In this document: one piece after another, positions 10,226-19,118 of the stretch
Numbering within the stretch: the first letter of the stretch is position 1
How the letters are laid out: every line of letters begins with the position of its first letter
From: a virus
Reading direction: 5' to 3' (one strand)
UHGV virus genome: UHGV-0253013
DNA length: 45,926 nucleotides
Program-made: the position numbers and the translations under genes
The notes under the pieces: model-generated
Told to the model about the DNA's origin: nothing
The model's database searches: none
The model's input: the letters and a program-made list of their open reading frames with translations, nothing else

Positions 10226-10581
10226 AATTCAATCTCCGTGTACGTGTCTCTGAGGTCCGCCAGCCGGTCCAGACGTACTTGACGGGACGCAAGCTCGCAA
10301 TGACTCACCATCCCGTCGAAGTAGACTCCTGCGTGCCACACGATACGACCCCCACGGCGATACCCCATAAGCACCGCACAGAAGTTTTCAGGCTTATTAA
10401 TTTTCGTAAGCCCCTTCGTGTTGCGGTGGCCTTCGTCAAACGCTTCGTTAATTGCCGTTGGGCTTGTAACGTCGAACGCAGGGGTTTCTAACCCGGCATC
10501 CGCGCGGACAATGCGCACGTGATGCCAGCAATTGCGTTTTCGAAAGTCGTAAGGTATGCCCGTGTAGTCATTAATATTCAT
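10216..10581 (-). CDS. tail assembly protein (lambda K-like, NlpC/P60-type)
   Basis: 121 aa with Cys/His pattern (NCWHHVRIV...HAGVYFDG...SHCE); position between L-like and J-like genes. Confidence 0.5.
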   Translation of the reverse strand: MNINDYTGIPYDFRKRNCWHHVRIVRADAGLETPAFDVTSPTAINEAFDEGHRNTKGLTKINKPENFCAVLMGYRRGGRIVWHAGVYFDGMVSHCELASRQVRLDRLADLRDTYTEIEFWR

Positions 10582-11093
10582 GTGGTCAACAGGCCGCGTA
10601 ATAACGGTATCTCTTTAGGTGTCATCAGTATACCAGTGCTTCGTTGGTTAAGCATAGGTGTGCCGACATCCGCGGAAAACTCGCCTTTCTCCTGGTTGAT
10701 GGCCTGCAACTCATACACGACTGGGCCGTCAGCCGGATAAGACAGGTCGGTGCTGACGTAACGGCGGAAGACGAACTTAGGCAACTCAGTATTGCTCATC
10801 GGGATTTTATCCATCTCATCGTCCAGTTGATTGAGGATGTCCGGTAGAGTAAACGTTGTCGTCTGGTCCATATCACTATTGTTCGAAGCACCCGACGCTT
10901 CCATCGGTGTTGGCCCGAACGTGATTGTTTCGCCTGTCTCCAGTGTTGCCGTAAGTTCCTGTAGCCCGCGCACAAGATAATACGTCTTCGACAACAACGG
11001 ATGGCTGATTTGCAACGTGATGTAGTCCATCTCGCCGTCGGGATTTGAGGCCAGCTTACGGCGATAGGCTGCTTCTACAGATTCCTGGCTCAT
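10578..11093 (-). CDS. minor tail protein (L-like position)
   Basis: Synteny only. Start placed at the internal ATG giving an ATGA overlap with the upstream gene. Confidence 0.4.
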   Translation of the reverse strand: MSQESVEAAYRRKLASNPDGEMDYITLQISHPLLSKTYYLVRGLQELTATLETGETITFGPTPMEASGASNNSDMDQTTTFTLPDILNQLDDEMDKIPMSNTELPKFVFRRYVSTDLSYPADGPVVYELQAINQEKGEFSADVGTPMLNQRSTGILMTPKEIPLLRGLLTT

Positions 11094-11590
11094 TGCATCG
11101 GGTCCCAAATTCGTGGAAACGTAGTTTCGTAGTTCGCGTATATTTTCAGGAAACTATCCAGACAATCCCCGTAACAACCGTACAAATCTGGAAGATTGTT
11201 AATCAGGCACTGGTTCTCTTGGTCCTGGAACGGCGATTTCTCGGCGGTTGCCGTGAAGGTAATCGTCCAGTTAATGCCGTCTTCGGTGGACTCCGCGATG
11301 GTGGATGTAATTGTTACCTGGTAATCCTCAATACCCATGCCGAAGTCGTGCGCCATCCAGAAACTCGACGCACCACCGTCGACTTTCTCAAGGAACGACA
11401 GAAACGCCTGCCGACCCAGCGCCGATGTAATCAGGGTTACGCTTATCGGGAACACGTCGTAATACGTGTCACGGCCCTGACGCACCCCGCCACCGGCTAA
11501 ATCTACACTCCAGACGTTGTTACGTCTGGTCATTGAGTAGCCTTTTGATACCACCGGCTTTAAACTTGCTGGAAATTTCAAAGAAGACAT
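11090..11590 (-). CDS. minor/distal tail protein (M-like position)
   Basis: Synteny only: follows the tape measure gene on the same strand. Confidence 0.4.
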   Translation of the reverse strand: MSSLKFPASLKPVVSKGYSMTRRNNVWSVDLAGGGVRQGRDTYYDVFPISVTLITSALGRQAFLSFLEKVDGGASSFWMAHDFGMGIEDYQVTITSTIAESTEDGINWTITFTATAEKSPFQDQENQCLINNLPDLYGCYGDCLDSFLKIYANYETTFPRIWDPMQ

Positions 11591-11625
11591 GGCAAGATAC
11601 TCCTATTAGTTTAGGAGATACTAAC

Positions 11626-12276
11626 ATGATGCCAACCGAAAAAGTAGCCAAGAGCATGTGGCTGCGTGCGAATTATCCTGCGAACAAAAGCAGCAAAACT
11701 AAGCGTGCAACTATATGCGATTTTGGCATAAATGACGCCGATTATGTGGTTAGCCCCAAGATAAACGGCAAACGTGAGACGTGTCTGGCGTACGCTACAT
11801 GGAGAGGGATGATCCAACGTTGTGTGGACGCCGAGTATAAAAACAAAAGGCCTGCGTACAGGGATGTAACTGTGTGGCATGGGTGGCAAAGGTTTATGTC
11901 CTTCCGTGGATGGTGGATTTGTAATTATGTGGAGGGATGGGAGCTAGATAAGGACATATTCTCTGGTATTAATAAGGAATACAGCCCTACCACTTGCGTT
12001 TTCATCCCGAAGTGGTTGAATGTTTTCCTGCAGGAAAAGAAAAATAGTGGAACACCTACAGGTGTTTTTTATGAAGAATCTAGAGGTAAATTTAAAGCCT
12101 CAGTTAGCTATGGTAAAAAAACTATTAATCTAGGACGTTTTGAAACTCAGGAAGAAGCGCTAGATGCCTACATTGCTGAAAAGATAAGGGTGGCGGAATC
12201 AAGAAGATGTGAGATAGAGGCGATAAGGGAAGGTATGTTCGACCGCGTTATCGCCCTGATAAAAGAGGGACGTTAG
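11626..12276 (+). CDS. AP2-domain homing-endonuclease-like protein, opposite strand inside the tail module
   Basis: ATG ATG at 11626 preceded by AGGAG; C-terminal GVFYEESRGKFKASVSYGKKTINLGRFETQEEALDAYIAEK is AP2-like; N-terminal domain not assigned. Confidence 0.5.
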   Translation: MMPTEKVAKSMWLRANYPANKSSKTKRATICDFGINDADYVVSPKINGKRETCLAYATWRGMIQRCVDAEYKNKRPAYRDVTVWHGWQRFMSFRGWWICNYVEGWELDKDIFSGINKEYSPTTCVFIPKWLNVFLQEKKNSGTPTGVFYEESRGKFKASVSYGKKTINLGRFETQEEALDAYIAEKIRVAESRRCEIEAIREGMFDRVIALIKEGR

Positions 12277-12289
12277 CTCATAGGCTGGA

Positions 12290-12320
12290 AAAAAATAAAG
12301 GCCCCTCAGGGCCTTTCTGT
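12290..12320. terminator. bidirectional terminator
   Basis: A-run, GGCCCCTCAGGGCC hairpin, then TTTCTGTT; between the rightward AP2 gene stop (12276) and the leftward tape measure stop (12323). Confidence 0.55.
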
Positions 12321-12322
12321 TA

Positions 12323-14326
12323 TCACTTAAAACCAGGTGCGTTTCTTGTAGCTTTCCTCGCTTTCGAAATTCTGCTGTTGCTGTTCTGCAAAGAGGCAGC
12401 CACCTGCTCTTCTATGATGATGCGCAAACGGCCTTCGTCATCCTGTTCGGTGGATACATTGCCGATTTGCGCGCTGGTATTATTTATGATGCTGATATTA
12501 GCTGGGCCACTATTTCCGCTATTATTACCGTTTAACTGCTGCCGTGTTTGGCTTGCATTGGTCGCCCTGCCAGAACCCGCCATCTTGATAATCTCAGGGC
12601 CGCGTTCACCAACCAGGTAACTACCACCAGCGTTCATTTGTCCGCCTTGCTCACGCGCGCCGCTAATCTTGGCGATGTTCGCCACCCCTGCCGCGACAGC
12701 CAGACCTGCGGCAACTGGAGCGAGTGCCGGACCGACAATAGGAATGGCAGCAGTTGATTTATAGGCTTCGATAGCGGCCGTGTAAGTGGCAATAGTCGCT
12801 TGCGTTATGGCGAACGCTTTGTACGCAGCGGACGTCTCCCCTAGTGCGGATTTAGCATCTGCTGCCATGCTGCCGAATGCGTCGGCGGTGGCGTTGGCCT
12901 GTGCAATATTGCTCTGTTCGTTCAGGTTACGCACCGCATTAGCGTATTCTTCTTCACTGATTAGTTTCTGTTTAAGGAAATCGTCCAGTTGCTTAAGTTT
13001 GGCGTCATTCTGCCGTTGGATTTCCTCAAACTCTGTGCCACCCAGCGCCTGTAGTTTCTCCAGATATGCATCAGCATTGTTATACAGTGCATCTCGTTGC
13101 GCCTGAAACTCCGCCATGATGTCACTTTTCGACTTCTCGTAGTCAGCATCGCTTACAAGTTGCTTGTCGTGGAACTCCTGTAACTTAGCCAGTTTCTGTT
13201 TCTCTTTGGCGTCTATCCGTTCTAACTCCGTTCCGGTGTTTGTGTCAATTTGAGCTATAAACTGGTCTGCGGCTTTCTGTGCGCTTTGCTGCGCGCGGGC
13301 GTCGGCACGGGCTTGCGCATCTGCGCGTTTCTTAGCTGCGGTAGCAATACGATTCTGCCTGTCTATCTCCTTCTGTGCTCTATCAGCCTTATCCTTTTCA
13401 TATGTCTTCTCGGATTGCTCCACCCCTTTCCGCTCGGCTGCGCGGGTCTTTTCCTCCACACCAAGGTAGTTAAGTTCATTTCGCAGTTTATTTATTTCCA
13501 TCTGCGCTTCTGGCGTTTTGGCCTTTATGCTGTCTAGGTAGGCAACCAGCCCCTCTCTAGCACCAGGAACCCCAGCAGCGATTGCTTTCTGAGCAACTTC
13601 AATGCTGCGTAACTCTTTGGCGGTCAACCCCGCAGCTTCCGCAGCAGATTCGTACTGGAAAGCCACGGCCCCGGCAGCGTCCCCGCCTTGGGCTATTTGT
13701 GATGCGGCAAGGTTGGTAGTCAACTTCTGAAACAGAGACTGGGCTTTCGTTACCTTATCAATAGCTTCAACAATCTTATCCGCGGTGGAGTTAGCCTGTA
13801 CGGCGGTTGCTTCTAGTGCCTTATTAAGAAATGCCATCTTCTCTGCTGTTGTCGCCCCAACAGCGTCCAGTTTTTCCAGTGCGTCATTCATGTCATACAC
13901 ACCGGGTGTGGCCTCGTTGAGAGCGTCATCAAGGAACTTAGTCGCTTCCTCCAGCTGTTTAGCGGTATCTGTCGAGTTACTCAAAGACGCATACAGCGCT
14001 CCGCCGATTACTGTGGCGATAGTCAATACCGTTCCCGCAATTGGATTGAATGCGGACACCAACTGACTACCTTGTTGCGTGAAAGCCGTGAGGGCTGACT
14101 GCCCCCCTTGGATTTGCACGATAAAGTCCTGTACCTGATACCCGGCGTTACCTATGGACGCCCGCATCGCGTTCATCTTCGGCGTTGCCGCGGAGGTGGT
14201 ATCCGTTAGTTTCTTTGTACTAGAATCCGCTTTCCCGGCGGAACTACTAAGGTTATCTAACTGCTTTGCTGCTTGCTCCGCTCCAGTTGCCTGGACTCGT
14301 ACCATTAAACTCGCGGTGTCAGCCAT
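12323..14326 (-). CDS. tail tape measure protein
   Basis: 667 aa; long Ala/Gln/Lys/Glu-rich coiled-coil region, hydrophobic segments, Gly-rich C-terminus; follows the chaperone pair. Confidence 0.75.
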   Translation of the reverse strand: MADTASLMVRVQATGAEQAAKQLDNLSSSAGKADSSTKKLTDTTSAATPKMNAMRASIGNAGYQVQDFIVQIQGGQSALTAFTQQGSQLVSAFNPIAGTVLTIATVIGGALYASLSNSTDTAKQLEEATKFLDDALNEATPGVYDMNDALEKLDAVGATTAEKMAFLNKALEATAVQANSTADKIVEAIDKVTKAQSLFQKLTTNLAASQIAQGGDAAGAVAFQYESAAEAAGLTAKELRSIEVAQKAIAAGVPGAREGLVAYLDSIKAKTPEAQMEINKLRNELNYLGVEEKTRAAERKGVEQSEKTYEKDKADRAQKEIDRQNRIATAAKKRADAQARADARAQQSAQKAADQFIAQIDTNTGTELERIDAKEKQKLAKLQEFHDKQLVSDADYEKSKSDIMAEFQAQRDALYNNADAYLEKLQALGGTEFEEIQRQNDAKLKQLDDFLKQKLISEEEYANAVRNLNEQSNIAQANATADAFGSMAADAKSALGETSAAYKAFAITQATIATYTAAIEAYKSTAAIPIVGPALAPVAAGLAVAAGVANIAKISGAREQGGQMNAGGSYLVGERGPEIIKMAGSGRATNASQTRQQLNGNNSGNSGPANISIINNTSAQIGNVSTEQDDEGRLRIIIEEQVAASLQNSNSRISKARKATRNAPGFK

Positions 14327-14327
14327 T

Positions 14328-14588
14328 CTAATCGTCCTCGTTACGGCCTTCGAACAGTGCGTCGAGGCCCATTATTAAGTCTACCTCAAGCAACGAGAAC
14401 GGCTGTTTATGCAACTCTGCGTACGCTGTAAGGTGGTGATATTGGAGCATTTCCCTTGGTATTAGCACATTATTGCGACTTACAAACTTCAATGCGTAGT
14501 ATTTATCCATTATTTTCATCATATCACTCGGGCATTCCGGCGGGGTTTCCTCCGGCTCCTTCGGTACGGGCAACCCCATAGCCACCAT
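14328..14588 (-). CDS. tail assembly chaperone, T-like part (possible -1 frameshift extension of the upstream gene)
   Basis: By my hand translation this frame is open upstream to about 14705, overlaps the end of the 14678..15094 gene by about 28 nt and is offset by -1. Confidence 0.4.
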   Translation of the reverse strand: MVAMGLPVPKEPEETPPECPSDMMKIMDKYYALKFVSRNNVLIPREMLQYHHLTAYAELHKQPFSLLEVDLIMGLDALFEGRNEDD

Positions 14589-14677
14589 AGCAGCCTTGTG
14601 CCCGTCGGCGATGGAGTCGAACTCACGTCTCCTTTGCCGTATAACCCAGCGATACCTAGCATATTCGTAAAGCGCTT

Positions 14678-15094
14678 CTACTTTACAGATAAAGCTTTGC
14701 GGCTCTCAGCATGGTGTTGAGCGACGGCCCCTCCCAGCCCTTTATACTCCTTCAACAGCTTGACCAACGCTTTCTTAGTGAACTTCTCCTCGAAGGACCA
14801 CCCTACAACAACAACGGCAGCAAGTGCATCGTTAAGTTTAGCCAATTCACTGTTTAATTCCGTGTTATAGCGCGCCCAGTCTCCCTTCTCTCGGCACTCC
14901 GCGTCTAGGGGTTTCAGACGGTCAAGGATGTCGCGGTAAGCAGAGATAAAATCCTTAGCTGCTGCGATTGAGTCGTCGCAGTCTGGCCCCATCACCTGCA
15001 ACCACTCCCCGGAGTCACTGCCGTCAGGTAGCAGGATAGGCATCTTAGTTCCCGCAGCGTGGCGGGACGCGAAATAAAAATCAGAAAGTTTCAT
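14678..15094 (-). CDS. tail assembly chaperone (G-like)
   Basis: 138 aa acidic protein directly upstream of the tape measure gene; synteny-based. Confidence 0.5.
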   Translation of the reverse strand: MKLSDFYFASRHAAGTKMPILLPDGSDSGEWLQVMGPDCDDSIAAAKDFISAYRDILDRLKPLDAECREKGDWARYNTELNSELAKLNDALAAVVVVGWSFEEKFTKKALVKLLKEYKGLGGAVAQHHAESRKALSVK

Positions 15095-15202
15095 TCTTTA
15101 ATCCTTTGGTTAAGAGGTTGTTGGTTAAAGAGAAATGCACCAGGCGGTAACCAACCGCTTTTCGTGCGCGACACTAGGTGCAAAATTATTCTAACACACT
15201 AC

Positions 15203-15231
15203 TTGCACACCCCAATATAATAGGGTACTAT
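15203..15231 (+). promoter_or_regulatory. sigma70-like promoter, class A (TTGCAC-N17-TACTAT) with embedded AATAGGGTACTATT inverted repeat
   Basis: TTGCAC at 15203-15208, 17-nt spacer, TACTAT at 15226-15231; about 40 nt upstream of the ATG at 15272. Near-identical copies at 25976, 36521 (-) and 37566 (-). Confidence 0.5.
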
Positions 15232-15271
15232 TCACTTACACCAACGTTATTAACTTAAATAAGGAATTAAA

Positions 15272-15598
15272 ATGCGTAAATTAATCATAGCCCTGGGTCT
15301 TATTTCTTTTTGCGCGGTAGGGTCCCAGTGTGAGCAAGTATATAGCGAAACCCCTTTAGTAACTTCCGGGGCGCTTGATTCAGCGCCTCCTGCTGCCGTT
15401 AGTGCGTTTAAAACCGCTGCTATTCGCGAGTGTAATGCGGCCCTGCGGGCTGGCAGGTCTGGCCTGGGTCTTGAATTGATGACATCCCTTGTTGTTGAGT
15501 CTGTAGATGTTAGCAGCCCTGCTTTCAGCAGCCTACTGTTAGCCACTCGTTTGCAAATGGTTACAACCGGATGGGCAATAGGCGCAGAAAGTAAATAG
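15272..15598 (+). CDS. small secreted protein (signal peptide), moron-like
   Basis: N-terminal MRKLIIALGLISFCAVGSQC looks like a signal peptide; AAGGA RBS; own promoter; opposite strand to the flanking tail genes. Confidence 0.5.
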   Translation: MRKLIIALGLISFCAVGSQCEQVYSETPLVTSGALDSAPPAAVSAFKTAAIRECNAALRAGRSGLGLELMTSLVVESVDVSSPAFSSLLLATRLQMVTTGWAIGAESK

Positions 15599-15663
15599 TT
15601 GCCTTTATTTAAAGGAATGCACTGTGGTTAAATAAGACAAATCCTAAACACGAGGAAGTAAGC

Positions 15664-16794
15664 ATGGCCCAGAAGAAAATAACCGACGAACAGTTACAGG
15701 AAGAATTGAACGCCGGGATGAAGAATGTAGACATCGCCCGTAAATACGGCATCTCAGACCGCGTTATTCGTATCCGTAAAGCAAAACTAGCTAAGAAAGG
15801 CGTAGGCCACGGACGCGACGTTAGCCACCTCGTACCAGACGGCTACAAGATTAAGGGCACGTCGTCACTTGTGGACGAGTTCGGCAACACTAAGTTGCAA
15901 TGGGTTAAGACCGACACCGACGCCGAACGTCAGGTCGAGTTGATGAAAGCCGTAATAGAAGGTATGAAGTCAGAGATTACGCCGGTTGCGCCTGTTAAAG
16001 CGACTCGCGCCAAACGCAACGATAAACTACTCAATCTTTACACGGTATCTGATTTTCATCTCGGTATGCTGGCTTGGGCCGACGAGAGCGGCGACGACTG
16101 GGATATGAAGATTGCGGAAGACCTGTTCTCCCGTTGGTTCGATGCTGCATTTCAGAAAGCACCAGATGCAGCAACTGGGGTTATTAACCTGCTGGGTGAT
16201 TTCGCGCACTTCGATAGTCTGGTTGCCGTTACACCCGCAAGCGGTCACGCCCTTGACGCTGACACTCGCTATCAGAAACTGGTGCGCTACATGATTCGTA
16301 TGGTCCGCCGTGTGGTGGATATGGCTCTGGTTAAGCATAAAAATGTTCGCTTGCTTATCGTACAAGGGAACCACGACGAAAGCGGAATGATTTGGTTGGC
16401 GGAGATGTTCAGTACGCTGTACGACAACGAGCCGCGTGTGTTCGTAGATACGTCGCCGGATGTCTACAAGATGGTGCAACATGGCAAAACGACTCTGTTC
16501 TTTACACACGGGCATAAATGCCGGTTTGAGGTGGTCGAACCCATTATGATAGCTAAGTTCAGAAAAGCATTTGGCGAAAGCGAGTACAGTTACGCGCATG
16601 TAGGACATCTCCACCATCAAAAGATTGTAGAAAGTAGGAATATGGTAGTGGAACAGCATCGCACTCTCGCGGCGAAAGATGCATATGCTTCTCGCGGCGG
16701 GTGGATGTCTAAGAGGTCCGCTAATGTCATAACCTATAGTTCAGAGTTCGGGGAAGTAGGTAGGCTTTCAATCTCACCGGAGATGCTAAGATGA
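15664..16794 (+). CDS. HTH domain fused to a calcineurin-like metallophosphoesterase (SbcD/Mre11-like or class III phosphodiesterase-like)
   Basis: N-terminal DIARKYGISDRVIRIRKAKL HTH-like; MPE motifs SDFHLG, GDFAHFD, QGNHDE, FTHGH, HVGHLHH in canonical order. Confidence 0.65.
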   Translation: MAQKKITDEQLQEELNAGMKNVDIARKYGISDRVIRIRKAKLAKKGVGHGRDVSHLVPDGYKIKGTSSLVDEFGNTKLQWVKTDTDAERQVELMKAVIEGMKSEITPVAPVKATRAKRNDKLLNLYTVSDFHLGMLAWADESGDDWDMKIAEDLFSRWFDAAFQKAPDAATGVINLLGDFAHFDSLVAVTPASGHALDADTRYQKLVRYMIRMVRRVVDMALVKHKNVRLLIVQGNHDESGMIWLAEMFSTLYDNEPRVFVDTSPDVYKMVQHGKTTLFFTHGHKCRFEVVEPIMIAKFRKAFGESEYSYAHVGHLHHQKIVESRNMVVEQHRTLAAKDAYASRGGWMSKRSANVITYSSEFGEVGRLSISPEMLR

Positions 16795-17261
16795 AGTATC
16801 TTGATGTTTCAAAACAATTTAAATACTGCCCTGAGACGGGGCAGGTTACCAGGATATCTACTGGTGCTGAGGTTGGTACGGTTGGTGTAAGAGGTTATTT
16901 GTGCTGCGGTATGGGTGGTAAAACAGTGTATGTCCACCGCATAGCATGGTGTCTTTATAATAAATGCAACTTAGACAGGAAAACTCAAATAGACCACATA
17001 AACCATAACAGGCTAGACAATAGGATAGAAAATCTACGCGCCACCGACAATACAGGGAACAGTAAAAATAAAACTATGCGAAAGATAAATAAATCCGGGG
17101 CCACAGGTGTAAGTTTCCACAAAGCCGCGGGTAAGTGGCGCGCGTTTATAAAAGTTAACTACAAACAAGTACATTTAGGGCTTTACGACGATTTTGATGT
17201 AGCGGTTGCCGCGCGTAAAGCCGCTGAAAGTAAATACGGTTTCCATGAAAACCATGAGTAG
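16791..17261 (+). CDS. HNH homing endonuclease with AP2-like domain (paralog 2 of 3)
   Basis: QIDHINHNRLDNRIENLRAT HNH motif; C-terminal SGATGVSFHKAAGKWRAFIKV...YGFHENHE closely parallels the 1270..1788 and 41257..41757 products. Confidence 0.8.
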   Translation: MKYLDVSKQFKYCPETGQVTRISTGAEVGTVGVRGYLCCGMGGKTVYVHRIAWCLYNKCNLDRKTQIDHINHNRLDNRIENLRATDNTGNSKNKTMRKINKSGATGVSFHKAAGKWRAFIKVNYKQVHLGLYDDFDVAVAARKAAESKYGFHENHE

Positions 17262-17274
17262 GGGAAAGTGATTT

Positions 17275-17505
17275 ATGACTTCAAAATACAACCGCACAAT
17301 GACAAACGCTCACGGCAGCACTATGACAGTAGACGTTTATGATGTGCTACGTGCTTTCGACATCCGCGACCCTGCGTTACAGCACGCATTGAAGAAGCTA
17401 TTGTGTATGGGCCTTCGCGGACACAAGGACACCGGAACAGACTTAGCGGAAGCAATTGAAAGCCTGGAGAAGTTACGGGAGTATAGAAGCAATATCGACG
17501 AGTAA
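17275..17505 (+). CDS. hypothetical protein
   Basis: ORF after the HNH gene, followed by a terminator. Confidence 0.4.
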   Translation: MTSKYNRTMTNAHGSTMTVDVYDVLRAFDIRDPALQHALKKLLCMGLRGHKDTGTDLAEAIESLEKLREYRSNIDE

Positions 17506-17506
17506 G

Positions 17507-17530
17507 AAAAGGCCCCGAAAGGGGCCTTAG
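17507..17530. terminator. bidirectional rho-independent terminator
   Basis: AAAAGGCCCC-GAAA-GGGGCCTT hairpin then TTTTA; between the rightward island and the leftward major tail gene stop (17533). Confidence 0.6.
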
Positions 17531-17532
17531 TT

Positions 17533-18705
17533 TTATACGTAACTAATACGTTGAATTACGATAGACGACTGATACTGATTGCCTGTGGACTGTCCTTCTA
17601 TGCTCTGAGTGATTGACTCAGGCCCGCCAATCTCTGGCGTAACCGCCGTAAGTTCCGCACGTTTCAAACTGAAAGACATAGCCCCGTTTACCCCCGCCAG
17701 AATAGAGTTAATCTCTACCTGCTGTTCGTTGATAAACTTCTGAATCATCGCCATGTCGTACAGCTTGCCGGAGATGGAGAATGTGTTAGCTGCGCGGCCG
17801 CGTTCCACGAACGCGACGCTACTGTTGCCAAGTTCAAACTGCGCGGAAGCACCGTTGTCGTTGGTGATGGTCAGAGTATCGCAACGCAACGGCGTAGAAC
17901 CGTCGAACACAGACACATCTACGGATGAGAACGGCTCGTCACCAAACGTAACAGAGGAGAAGTCGGAACCAGACGGCGCCGCGGTAAGAATCTCCTGGCT
18001 GCGACCGATGAATGGGAAGCTGCCAGTTACCATCGCGTTAACAGCCTGTTCGATGGTAAAACCAGAAACTTCCACGCCTTTGGTTAACGTGTACGCGTTA
18101 GTACCGCCGCACTGGCCTTTGTACCAGGTAAGGATAGAGAACGTCTTACACGTGTTACCGGTTTCCAGCGTGTCGCCGGTTTTAGCCTTACTAGTTTTTG
18201 TCTCGGTGGTCAGGGTGTGTTGGATGCCTGCACCAGTAACAACCGTAGCCGTTACTGCAGTAACAATAAATGGTTTTGCGTTATCTCCTGTTAAATCGGT
18301 AAACGCAATCAGGTCGCCTACCTCAACTCCGTCAGTGATAAAACTGCCGGTAGCGCGTGTGAACGTCTTGCCCGCCGGTGCGACCGTAATCGACAGACTG
18401 GACAGGGAAACACCGGATTGCCACGTAGAGCCTAAAGCACCAGCCAGCCAGTCATCCTGGCTTTTCGAGCTAAGCTCGATCGCGTATTCACCGCTAACCT
18501 GTTTGTTACCGGTGCGGATGGATGTAGTTTCACGGCTGCCGTCCAGTTCGTTGGAGGTCAGCGTGTCGCGGGTGATAGCAGGAACACCGCCAGTGTTACG
18601 CAACGGTGACCAGACCGGGTTAGTCGGTGTTACGCCCGGGGTGACTTCCGCCACATAGAATTGCGCGGTATTCGCGCCCTTAAAAGGAGTTGTAGCCATA
18701 TTCAC
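17533..18705 (-). CDS. major tail protein
   Basis: 390 aa Thr/Ser/Gly-rich structural protein between the neck genes and the tail chaperones; synteny. Confidence 0.6.
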   Translation of the reverse strand: MNMATTPFKGANTAQFYVAEVTPGVTPTNPVWSPLRNTGGVPAITRDTLTSNELDGSRETTSIRTGNKQVSGEYAIELSSKSQDDWLAGALGSTWQSGVSLSSLSITVAPAGKTFTRATGSFITDGVEVGDLIAFTDLTGDNAKPFIVTAVTATVVTGAGIQHTLTTETKTSKAKTGDTLETGNTCKTFSILTWYKGQCGGTNAYTLTKGVEVSGFTIEQAVNAMVTGSFPFIGRSQEILTAAPSGSDFSSVTFGDEPFSSVDVSVFDGSTPLRCDTLTITNDNGASAQFELGNSSVAFVERGRAANTFSISGKLYDMAMIQKFINEQQVEINSILAGVNGAMSFSLKRAELTAVTPEIGGPESITQSIEGQSTGNQYQSSIVIQRISYV

Positions 18706-19118
18706 AGCCTCTTGGTGAATGCAATAAAGTTAATTGACAATGGCCGTTTGGCCCATCCGTTTTCTACAATCAGCGGCCCCAGGCTAACCGATTGAACCTC
18801 GGCGCAGATGTCGTTACGTGAAAATGACTTACCTGCTTTAAACGCCGTGTTAAGTAAGTCTGCCATTTTATTGATTTCCGCGCTACCTTTCGCCGATGCG
18901 TAGTTAATGTCTACCTGATAAATACCTGAGCGTTGTTCCGTGAAGAACAAATCCGCCTGTTCCGTATCAGCCAGCAACATGTAACTTGCCAGATACGGCG
19001 TATCGGTTGACGTCGGCGCGTCGATGTTTTCAAGTGCTACCTTGATGCCGTTGGTTGTTCCGAAGGCTACCAGCGGCACATCAAATGCTTTGGTTAAGTC
19101 CTCAAAGTAGCCCATCAT
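18702..19118 (-). CDS. neck / tail completion protein
   Basis: ATGA-overlapped small structural ORF between connector and major tail genes. Confidence 0.4.
   Translation of the reverse strand: MMGYFEDLTKAFDVPLVAFGTTNGIKVALENIDAPTSTDTPYLASYMLLADTEQADLFFTEQRSGIYQVDINYASAKGSAEINKMADLLNTAFKAGKSFSRNDICAEVQSVSLGPLIVENGWAKRPLSINFIAFTKRL

Noticed and set aside
17753-18658. 301-aa plus-strand ORF
   Set aside because: Antisense to the major tail protein gene; low-complexity product; no translational signals.
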